Shown here piece by piece: positions 17,008 to 24,366 of a DNA stretch of 45,845 nucleotides (position 1 is the stretch's first letter; every line of letters begins with the position of its first letter). The notes under the pieces are model-generated. The model was not told the DNA's origin. It worked only from the letters and a program-made list of their open reading frames with translations, and ran no database searches. Location: the IMG/VR virus record IMGVR_UViG_3300034088_000041, positions 1 to 45,845 of that record, one strand, 5' to 3'. Source of the DNA: a virus. Taxonomy: Duplodnaviria > Caudoviricetes. Made by a program: the position numbers and the translations under genes.

Positions 17008-17300
17008 TGGGAGACGCGGAACGGACGACCACCGGCGAGCATCCCCGGGCAGAGGTCGAGCTCGCGCGCCTGGACCAGCGCGTGGTGACCCTGGAGCGAG
17101 AGATGGGCGAGCTCAAGCGGCAGGCCTCCGACCACCACGCATCGGATACATCGCGCTGGGACGGGTTCCTCATCGCGTTCGGGAAGCTCGAGGCGAAGGT
17201 CGAGGGGCTCAACGGGCGGATGGCGGGCTACCTGCTCGCGGGCATGCTGCTCGCGTCCGTGGTCGCGGTGGTCGCGCAGTACGCGATCAAGGGGCACTGA
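17007..17300 (+). CDS. Coiled-coil protein with C-terminal TM helix (lysis-associated)
   Basis: TGATG coupling; LARLDQRVVTLEREMGEL coiled coil; hydrophobic C-terminus. Confidence 0.6.
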   Translation: MGDAERTTTGEHPRAEVELARLDQRVVTLEREMGELKRQASDHHASDTSRWDGFLIAFGKLEAKVEGLNGRMAGYLLAGMLLASVVAVVAQYAIKGH

Positions 17301-17302
17301 CC

Positions 17303-17746
17303 ATGGACAGGGAGCGCTTCGCGAAGGCGTGGAACACGTGGCAGGGCCGCCTGCTCGTGGGGTTCGGGGTCCTTCTCGGCGTGGTGGAGCTCGTCGACCT
17401 GGTGCTCCGCTCCCGCGGCGTCCCCGTCGAGCTCGTCTCGCAGAGCGCGCGGCGGGTGGTCTTCTCGGGCTTCACGGCGCTGGCCTTCTTCTTCGGCAGC
17501 ATGACGACGCACTGGTTCGTGACCTGGAGGCGGAGGACGTGGGAGGGGACGATCGCGAATGTCCTCGGTCTCTTCTTCTGGGCGGTCTTCGCAGCCTACA
17601 TCGCGGCCTCCTTCCTCGACCCCGACCCCGCCTACTGGCCGGTCGTGACGCAGTGGCTGCGTTACCCGCCGGTCGCGGCGCTGGTCGGCGCGGTCCTCGC
17701 CTACGTCTGCTTCCCCCAGCGCTCGCGCTGGTTCCCGGGGTACTGA
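17303..17746 (+). CDS. Hypothetical 4-TM membrane protein
   Basis: Four hydrophobic, Trp/Phe-rich segments. Confidence 0.7.
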   Translation: MDRERFAKAWNTWQGRLLVGFGVLLGVVELVDLVLRSRGVPVELVSQSARRVVFSGFTALAFFFGSMTTHWFVTWRRRTWEGTIANVLGLFFWAVFAAYIAASFLDPDPAYWPVVTQWLRYPPVAALVGAVLAYVCFPQRSRWFPGY

Positions 17747-17749
17747 GCC

Positions 17750-18256
17750 ATGACGCCGTTCGTGCTGAGAGGGATGTTCCCCCGCCCGAAGCCGTGCCCT
17801 CAGCCGGCGATGGGCGCGTGGGTCGGCTTTCAGGTCCAGGCGAGCGCCGAAATCGACCTCGACAAGGGCGAGGTCCGGGGCTTTCAGGAGTTGATCCGCT
17901 CCGTCCCCGCCGACCCGTCGCAGCCCAGCTCGGGAGACACGTCCGAGGCGTTCACGGTGCAGCTGACCGACGGCGACGTGACGATGATCCGCGCCATCCT
18001 TGACGCGCGGCTCGCCGCCCTCGGGGTGTCGCCCAAGCGGACCTTCAAGATCGCCCTCGACGGCTCGGGCGCCATCGGCGTCACGTTCGCGCCGCAGACG
18101 TTCGCCCCGACCCCGACCGACATCCAGCAGATCATGGGGATCGTCCTGATGCGGGCGAAGCTGCTGGACACGATGGGGGTCTACAACGAGCCGCCCACGG
18201 CGGAGCACCCGGAGCCGTACACGATCACCATGACCGTCAACGGGGCTCCGGTGTGA
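17750..18256 (+). CDS. Hypothetical protein
   Basis: Codon usage fits the genome; tightly packed in the operon. Confidence 0.65.
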   Translation: MTPFVLRGMFPRPKPCPQPAMGAWVGFQVQASAEIDLDKGEVRGFQELIRSVPADPSQPSSGDTSEAFTVQLTDGDVTMIRAILDARLAALGVSPKRTFKIALDGSGAIGVTFAPQTFAPTPTDIQQIMGIVLMRAKLLDTMGVYNEPPTAEHPEPYTITMTVNGAPV

Positions 18257-19491
18257 CCGCTCCCCGAGTCAAGTCGTTCACCCTCGACGACGCCGCTCGG
18301 ACCGGCGGCGCTCGCATCGCGGACGCGGCCAGCGGCCTACCTCGCCGCCTCATCGGCGCGGGTCGGCATTGGCTCTGGCGTGGCGACGGAGTGGCGACCG
18401 ACCTCTACGGTGGCGCGGACGTGGGTGGGTGGGGAGGCGGCATCCCGGTCTACTCCTCCCCCGGCAGGTTCCTGACCTCCGCATTTCAGTGCTCCCCGTG
18501 GTCGTTCTTCCCGGCGGCCCCAGTGGAGGTCGCCCCCGAGCAATCGCTCACGTTCGCCCTCTGGGAGAAGGGAGTGACGACGCAGGGCTACTCGAACAAC
18601 TATCTGGCGGACGGGACCTCGCAGATGAGGCCCCACGGGTTCTACGCCGCCATCGCCAACGACTCGCAGGTCATCGTCGCCGTGAACCGATGGTCGACGA
18701 TGATCCTCGGGCTGCTTTTCGATTGCGGCGCGGGACTGAACGACGTTTCGCAGTGGATGCACTTCTACGTCGAGCTCAAGGCGGTCCCAACGGCAACGGG
18801 CATGACGATTCGCGCCGATGGCGTCCGGGTCTGGAGGGACAACGTCGAGTGCGCGCTCGCCACCGTGATCGCGGACCCGGGGTGGGACATCGACCCCGCC
18901 ACCAGCATCGTGACCTACGGCGGAATCGCTGGCTCGGCGGGGAGCGCCGCCGTCCTGTCGGACCTCTTCCTCGGGGAAGGCATCTACAACCCCTTCCTGC
19001 GCGAGGCCCTCTTCGCAGGCGGACCACCGACCGCCGACCAGATGGTATCGCGTGCCCGGTTCACCGCCCCGGAGATCACGGCGGCGAAGCGCCCCACGGG
19101 CATCCTCCTCCCCGGCGCGACCGACCAGATGGGCGCGTTCAACGCGGGGCGAAACACCCGCGCGTACCTCTCCCGCGACGCTGGGGCGACCCGGCTGGAG
19201 GCGGAGGTCGGTCGCTACTACCCGACGACCGGGAGCCCTCCGTCCGGTGGCGGCGCTCCCTGCGGCGGGGCTGGGGCCGCCGTGACGCTGGACGTTGAAA
19301 TCGGTGGTGGCGCTTGGGTGGCTGACGCCATGGGCGGCGGTCCGACTCTCGTCTACGAGGAGGCGGATCCACCCACCGTCTACGTTCCCCAGCCGCGCGC
19401 GGCGATCGTCCGCCACGCCGCCGTCGTCTCCGCAACCCCTCGCCCGGTGCGTGTCATCCACGCCCACCGGCCGACCACGGTGAACCCATGA
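18253..19491 (+). CDS. Beta-rich protein with LamG/concanavalin-like segment (putative accessory virion adhesin)
   Basis: SLTFALWEK, QWMHFYV, VRVWRDN and LSDLFL pattern resembles LamG-like jelly rolls; GTGA overlap. Confidence 0.5.
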   Translation: MTAPRVKSFTLDDAARTGGARIADAASGLPRRLIGAGRHWLWRGDGVATDLYGGADVGGWGGGIPVYSSPGRFLTSAFQCSPWSFFPAAPVEVAPEQSLTFALWEKGVTTQGYSNNYLADGTSQMRPHGFYAAIANDSQVIVAVNRWSTMILGLLFDCGAGLNDVSQWMHFYVELKAVPTATGMTIRADGVRVWRDNVECALATVIADPGWDIDPATSIVTYGGIAGSAGSAAVLSDLFLGEGIYNPFLREALFAGGPPTADQMVSRARFTAPEITAAKRPTGILLPGATDQMGAFNAGRNTRAYLSRDAGATRLEAEVGRYYPTTGSPPSGGGAPCGGAGAAVTLDVEIGGGAWVADAMGGGPTLVYEEADPPTVYVPQPRAAIVRHAAVVSATPRPVRVIHAHRPTTVNP

Positions 19492-19811
19492 CCCTCGAGA
19501 AGCAGATCATCGGCGACACGATCACCGTGGAGTTCGAGGCGAAGCTCGACGACGGGACCGTTCTCGACCTCACCGCCGCCACGCTCGCCGCCTCCATGCG
19601 CCGCGGCGGCACCACGCTCGCGATCCCGTGCAGCTCGGCGGCGGCTGTCGCCCCGGCTGCGACCTCGGGGAAGTGGCGCGCGACCTGGCTGCCGGCCCTC
19701 ACCGGGGCGTTCGCCGCCGACTTCTACGAGTACGACGGCAAGGTGACGCTCGCGGGGAACGTCTACCACGTGGGCGAAGGGACGCTGACGTTCAAGGCGG
19801 GAATCTCGTAG
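19488..19811 (+). CDS. BppU N-terminal-like Ig-fold protein
   Basis: GDT, LDLT.AT, Y.YD and EGTLTF pattern; ATGA overlap. Confidence 0.6.
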   Translation: MTLEKQIIGDTITVEFEAKLDDGTVLDLTAATLAASMRRGGTTLAIPCSSAAAVAPAATSGKWRATWLPALTGAFAADFYEYDGKVTLAGNVYHVGEGTLTFKAGIS

Positions 19812-19844
19812 GCTCCACGCTGCGGACTGGCCCCGGTGGCCGTC

Positions 19845-21407
19845 TCACCTCGCCCACCGCTTCCGGCCCACGACGGCGTCCAGCCGCACCGGGATCTGTC
19901 CGCTCCTTCGAGAGCGCGGTGACAGATCCCGGCCGGCCCTCCGCAGCGTCTCCTCGCCCAGGTCATCCAGCGGGAGGGTCCCGCGCAACTCGATCCGCCC
20001 CGTCGGCCACACCGCGATCGACCGCGGCGGGAAGAGGATCTCCACGAGCTCGCGCCACTCCGCGAAGCCGGCACGGCCGAGGCCCTTCCGCAGCTGGCCA
20101 ACCCGCTCCTCGACCTCGCCGGCGAGCTCGACCCGGCGCGCGGCCGTCTTGAGGCGGGACTGGGCGTCCTCGGCCCGGCGCTCCGCCGCTGCGCGGAGCC
20201 GCGCGACCTCGGCGAGCTGGGAGGCCTGGACCTTCGCGGAGAGCATCCCCTTCCGCGACAGACGGGCGAGGCGCTCCTCCTGGCGATCGAGGTCCCGGAG
20301 CTCCCGCGCTGCCTCGGCCGCGTCCTCCTTCGCCGAGCGGGTGTCGTCGGGCAGGTCCTGCGCCGCCGCCGCGGCGAGCGCCCCCGGCCGGCCCAGCCAG
20401 GTCTCCACCGCGCCGCGCACGGCCTCGTCGACGACGTCGGCACGATGGCGGCCGGCGCAGGCCCCACGCGGCTTGCAGTAGTAGTAGGTGTGCCCGCCTC
20501 CGCGGTCCGTGTAGAGGGGGCTCCCGCACGCGCCGCAGGTGGCCAGCTTGCGGAGCAGCGCGGGGTGGACGTCCCTCCGGCCTCCGGTGATGTCGTTCGC
20601 CTTCAGGCGGGCGAGCGCGGCGGCCTGGGTGGCCTCGTCGACGACGGGCGGGATCTGCGCCTCGGCCCCGTGCGAGCGCCAGCGGCCGGCGACGTGCGGA
20701 GCGGTGACGGCGTTGTAGACGGTGCCGGCAGTCCACGGGCGGCCGGTCGAGGTAGTGACCCCCTCGCCGTTGAGCTGCTCGACGATCTGGCGGAGGGAGC
20801 GGCCGCGGAGGACCAGGTCGAAGAGCCGGCGGTAGGTGGCGAGCGCCTCCCGGTCGACGCCCCACGTCCCCGTCGCCTTGTCGAAGGTCCGGCCCCATGG
20901 CGGTTTCGAGGAGACGAGCCGACCCTCGGCGGCGAGCCGGCGCTTCGCCGCCATCGTCCGCTCGAGGATCTTCCGGCGCTCCTCGGCCGAGGCGAGCGTC
21001 GAGACCACCCACGTCAGCTCCCCGCCCATCGTCGTCGGGTCGAGGACCGAGCCGCCGGCGTCGACGATCACCGCGCCGGCGCGCCGCACCATCGAGAGGA
21101 CGGCCGCTCGCTCGACCATGTCGTCGTGGCGGGTGAGCCGATCGAGGTGGCGAACGCGGACCTCGTCGAACCCGCGCACGGCCGCGAGCTCGGCCAAGCG
21201 GAGCAGGTCCGGCCGGTCGACGCCGGCGGCGGCGCCGCTGATCTGCCCCTCGATCCGCTCAACCAGACGGCCGGGCCTGTGGAGGCGGAGCCGGTCGAGC
21301 GCCGCGCGCTGGTCGGCGGGCGTGTCCCGCGCCGCCTGTCCGGTGGAAGAGACGCGGACCAACTCGACGAAGCGGGGGAGCGCGGGGGCGTGAACCGGGG
21401 CGGCCAT
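19845..21407 (-). CDS. int: Large serine recombinase (phage integrase)
   Basis: RVSS.GQ catalytic Ser, DRLTR, recombinase domain (PPWG, LNGEG), Zn ribbon CGACG...YYYC...C and coiled coil. Confidence 0.92.
   Translation of the reverse strand: MAAPVHAPALPRFVELVRVSSTGQAARDTPADQRAALDRLRLHRPGRLVERIEGQISGAAAGVDRPDLLRLAELAAVRGFDEVRVRHLDRLTRHDDMVERAAVLSMVRRAGAVIVDAGGSVLDPTTMGGELTWVVSTLASAEERRKILERTMAAKRRLAAEGRLVSSKPPWGRTFDKATGTWGVDREALATYRRLFDLVLRGRSLRQIVEQLNGEGVTTSTGRPWTAGTVYNAVTAPHVAGRWRSHGAEAQIPPVVDEATQAAALARLKANDITGGRRDVHPALLRKLATCGACGSPLYTDRGGGHTYYYCKPRGACAGRHRADVVDEAVRGAVETWLGRPGALAAAAAQDLPDDTRSAKEDAAEAARELRDLDRQEERLARLSRKGMLSAKVQASQLAEVARLRAAAERRAEDAQSRLKTAARRVELAGEVEERVGQLRKGLGRAGFAEWRELVEILFPPRSIAVWPTGRIELRGTLPLDDLGEETLRRAGRDLSPRSRRSGQIPVRLDAVVGRKRWAR
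19889..19932. other. Candidate attP (12-bp perfect inverted repeat, 20-bp spacer); alternatively a terminator hairpin
   Basis: CCGGGATCTGTC-N20-GACAGATCCCGG inside the 3' end of int. Confidence 0.55.
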
Positions 21408-21417
21408 GGGCGGAACC

Positions 21418-21558
21418 CTATCCGGTCGCTCGCGCGGCCAGCCAGCGGAGAACCGCGGCCGCCGCCTTCGGGTCAGGCGTCGCGGGGGCGCAGACCACCG
21501 TGTAGGCGGGCACCTTGCGGGGCGGACGTGGCCGCCGCTTGGTGGTCTGCGTGGGCAT
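21418..21558 (-). CDS. 46-aa basic protein, candidate recombination directionality factor
   Basis: MPTQTTKRRPRPPRKVPAYTVVCAPATPDPKAAAAVLRWLAARATG; TGATG coupling to the upstream gene; ends 10 nt before int. Confidence 0.55.
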   Translation of the reverse strand: MPTQTTKRRPRPPRKVPAYTVVCAPATPDPKAAAAVLRWLAARATG

Positions 21559-21758
21559 CAGCCGCGCCCGTTCTTCTCCGCCCACCAGGCCAGGACGACC
21601 AGGTCACCCTCGTCGGCCTTCTCCGAGTAGACCTCCGAGTCATCGTGGACGACGCTCTTCGGAACCCAGACCTCCTCCTCGCCGTCGAGCAGCACGAGGA
21701 GCGCGCGGTCCGTCGCCCGGACCACCTTCGCCGGGCCGAGGTTCACGCCGTCGCTCAT
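21558..21758 (-). CDS. Small hypothetical phage protein
   Basis: ATDRALLV...EVWVPKS...W pattern common in small phage proteins; GGAGG RBS. Confidence 0.7.
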   Translation of the reverse strand: MSDGVNLGPAKVVRATDRALLVLLDGEEEVWVPKSVVHDDSEVYSEKADEGDLVVLAWWAEKNGRG

Positions 21759-21949
21759 GGCGCCTCCGTCTTGCCCGTCGACCACGGATCAAGCCCGGCC
21801 CGACGCAGGTCGAGCAGCAGTTCCTTGGCCGCCTCCTCGCGCGCCTCGGAGAGCGGAAGGCCCTCCCACCACCACGTCAGGACGACGCGCCACCAGAAGT
21901 GGAGGCGAAGCCAACGGTAGAACCACCACACGGCGAGCCTGTCCCTCAC
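21755..21949 (-). CDS. Trp-rich hypothetical protein
   Basis: Overlap-coupled to both neighbours. Confidence 0.55.
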   Translation of the reverse strand: MRDRLAVWWFYRWLRLHFWWRVVLTWWWEGLPLSEAREEAAKELLLDLRRAGLDPWSTGKTEAP

Positions 21950-22392
21950 GACTTCCTCCTGTGCTGCGCAGCGGCGGGGCAGTCGGCGAAGTGGGACGTC
22001 CGGAGCCGGTCCCCGGCCGCGCGCGCCCGCGCGAGCTCGTCGCCGGCGAGCACGAACGCGAGGACGGAGCCGCCGCGGTCCACCAGGCGGACGTTGCCCT
22101 CGGGAGACGGCTCCGCGTTCACCGGCATCGACTTCTTGCTGGGGAGCTGACCCCAGAAGATCGGCCGCTGGCAGGACCGGCAGGTCTTCGGCTCATGGCG
22201 GGGCGCCGGAATATTCCGTGGAATATTCCTTGCGGGATCAGCGGCTTCCGCAGGCTCTGCCGTTTTCGACCCCTCGACATGAGGCGGCGCCGCCGCCTCA
22301 CCGACGGTCGGGATCTCCGTCACGCCCGCCTTCTCGCGCGCCCGCGCGAGGACCTCGCCGACTTCCTGGGGGGATCCGCCGCGGGGGTTCAC
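21946..22392 (-). CDS. Hypothetical protein with CxxC...H..C Zn-binding domain
   Basis: GTG start at 22392; CRSCQRPIFW...MPVN...SHFADC motif. Confidence 0.7.
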   Translation of the reverse strand: MNPRGGSPQEVGEVLARAREKAGVTEIPTVGEAAAPPHVEGSKTAEPAEAADPARNIPRNIPAPRHEPKTCRSCQRPIFWGQLPSKKSMPVNAEPSPEGNVRLVDRGGSVLAFVLAGDELARARAAGDRLRTSHFADCPAAAQHRRKS

Positions 22393-22853
22393 GCGCTCCT
22401 CCTTGCCGCCTCTGCGGCCTCCATCGCCTCGGCCAGCAGCCGCGCCGGCCGCCGGAAGTACGCCGGCAGGTCGAGCCCGTTCCGCTCGCAGAACTCCAGG
22501 ACCAGCGGCTCGATCGCGCGCGGGTCGCGCCCCCACGTCTCGTGGCAGGACTCCGGCGGGCCGCCACAGATGAGGGCGACGTTGCCCAGGTGCTGCCGTT
22601 CGCGGCGGCGACCGCGGCCGCCCTCGAGGTGGTGCAGCTGCAGCGCGCCGCGGCGCCCGCAGAACTCACAGGGCGGCGGGCTCTGGCCGCGGTCCCGGGC
22701 GTGCCGAGGGTTCTCGGCTGCCCGGAGCCACGCCTGGCCGCGCAGGATCGCCATCGCGAGGACCTCCCGCTCGCGCTCCTCGCGCGCGGCCCGGAGGCGC
22801 TCCGTGCGCGTCGGCTTCGGGAAGGCCTGCGGCGGTCGCTTCGCCTTAGCCAC
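22389..22853 (-). CDS. HNH-like nuclease-domain protein
   Basis: CEFCG...LHH...N...IC....CH motif. Confidence 0.65.
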   Translation of the reverse strand: MAKAKRPPQAFPKPTRTERLRAAREEREREVLAMAILRGQAWLRAAENPRHARDRGQSPPPCEFCGRRGALQLHHLEGGRGRRRERQHLGNVALICGGPPESCHETWGRDPRAIEPLVLEFCERNGLDLPAYFRRPARLLAEAMEAAEAARRSA

Positions 22854-23037
22854 GCTTGACCTCCGGGATCCGCTGCGCGGCGCGTTCGTAGTGGGTCGCC
22901 GCGGTCAGGAGCCAGTACCGGAGGGTCTCCGGGTCGGCGCCCTGGTCGACCGCGCCGAGCAGCTCCGTGTGCGCCTTCTCCGCCTCAGCCATCTCGGCGT
23001 GCACGGCGCGGTGGGTGTCAGGGTCGAGAGCGCTCAT
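22846..23037 (-). CDS. Hypothetical protein
   Basis: GGAGG RBS; overlap-coupled. Confidence 0.6.
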   Translation of the reverse strand: MSALDPDTHRAVHAEMAEAEKAHTELLGAVDQGADPETLRYWLLTAATHYERAAQRIPEVKRG

Positions 23038-23264
23038 GCTGCCTCCGGGAGGCCGAGGCGGCGGGCGGTCGCCCGGGTGGCCTCGCCGATCGCGCCGTGG
23101 AGCGACGGGCCATAGAAGCGCTGCCCGGCCACGTCGACGAACCACTCGCCGGCGACGTCCTGCCCCCAGCCGCCGTACGCCTCGCCGGCGAGCTCGCGCA
23201 GGCGGTCGAGCCGGCGGACCTGGTGGGCGTCGAGCGGCAGGCCGAGGCAGAGCGGGTCAGCCAC
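23034..23264 (-). CDS. Hypothetical protein
   Basis: AGGAGG RBS; overlap-coupled. Confidence 0.6.
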   Translation of the reverse strand: MADPLCLGLPLDAHQVRRLDRLRELAGEAYGGWGQDVAGEWFVDVAGQRFYGPSLHGAIGEATRATARRLGLPEAA

Positions 23265-23586
23265 GGCGGCCGACCTCCTTCGCCCGCTTGGCGACGAGCC
23301 GCTCTGCCGCCCTGATGGCGCTGCGCGGATGAGCGGTGCAGACGTAGTTCGACGGGCTCGTCCAGCCGCACCCGACGTCGCACGCGTGGTCGTCGGTGCA
23401 GCCGCAGAGGATGCACCGCCCGCCGCCCTCGGCGAACGCCACCAGGCGGACCCCGGCGCAGATGCCGCAGGTGCACCCGACGCGGTGGTAGGGCTTCCCG
23501 TCCGAGTGGACGATCGACCCAGTCTCCCGCATGTTCTCGATCAGGTCCGTCAGCGCCTCGACGCACTCCTCCTCGAAGGGGGTCAC
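23257..23586 (-). CDS. Cys-rich Zn-binding hypothetical protein
   Basis: GTG start at 23586; CILCGCTDDHAC..GC.W motif. Confidence 0.65.
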   Translation of the reverse strand: MTPFEEECVEALTDLIENMRETGSIVHSDGKPYHRVGCTCGICAGVRLVAFAEGGGRCILCGCTDDHACDVGCGWTSPSNYVCTAHPRSAIRAAERLVAKRAKEVGRRG

Positions 23587-23855
23587 CGCCGGCCTCCCTG
23601 CGCCGCGCGGCAGGGGCAGGACAGCGGGCACGCGTCGCCGTGCGCCGCGCGCGGGTCGCCGGGGGGAGGCCAGAGCGGCGAGACGTAGCCCGTCCCGCGC
23701 TGCGCCGGCGGCCGCGGGCGTTCGAGGAAGCGGCTCGGCGCGAAGTCGCAGGTCGTCGCCGAGCGCTTCGAGAAGCCGAAGGAGACGCAGCGCTCGATGT
23801 GGGCGCACTCGGCGCAGGTCTTCCCGGCCGGGAGGAGCATCGAGGGGTCAGCCAC
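23583..23855 (-). CDS. Cys-rich hypothetical protein
   Basis: LPAGKTCAECAH...C...CDFAPSRF motif. Confidence 0.6.
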   Translation of the reverse strand: MADPSMLLPAGKTCAECAHIERCVSFGFSKRSATTCDFAPSRFLERPRPPAQRGTGYVSPLWPPPGDPRAAHGDACPLSCPCRAAQGGRR

Positions 23856-24366
23856 GCGACACCTCGGACGACCACGTCTCGCCGTCGATAATGCGCCGGA
23901 TCGCTCTCTTGTGAACGCCGAACTCACGCGCGAGCGCCTTGGCAGAGTTGGGCTGACGAACGGGGCCGCAGGCCGTGCCGGCGGCGAAGCGTCTTCGGAT
24001 CTCGTTCACCTGCTCAGCGGTCAACTTGCTGGCACCGTTCGCCTCGCCATGGCTGATGCCGGGGTTCGAGCGCCCCTTCTCGGCCATGTCCCGCATGTTC
24101 TCTTCCTGCGTGCCGAGGAAGAGGTGCTCCGGGTTCACGCAGGCCGGCTGGTCGCAGGAATGGAGGACGAAGACGCCCTCGGGAAGGCGCCCGTGCGCCA
24201 ACTCCCACGCGAGTCGGTGAGCAGCGACGACCGCCTTGGGCGGGTAGAGCCCAAAGCGGCCGTAGCCCCTGCGTCCATCGGACGCTCCTAGCCAGAGCCA
24301 GCAGCCCGTGTTGGGCTCCGGGCTCACCTTGGCCATGAAGCGCTGGCTGAGGGTGGCGCTACCCAC
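23848..24366 (-). CDS. HNH homing endonuclease with C-terminal HTH
   Basis: CWLW, GYG, AHR and HSCDQPACVNPEHLFLGT motifs; paralogous to 15548-16051. Confidence 0.9.
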   Translation of the reverse strand: MGSATLSQRFMAKVSPEPNTGCWLWLGASDGRRGYGRFGLYPPKAVVAAHRLAWELAHGRLPEGVFVLHSCDQPACVNPEHLFLGTQEENMRDMAEKGRSNPGISHGEANGASKLTAEQVNEIRRRFAAGTACGPVRQPNSAKALAREFGVHKRAIRRIIDGETWSSEVSRG

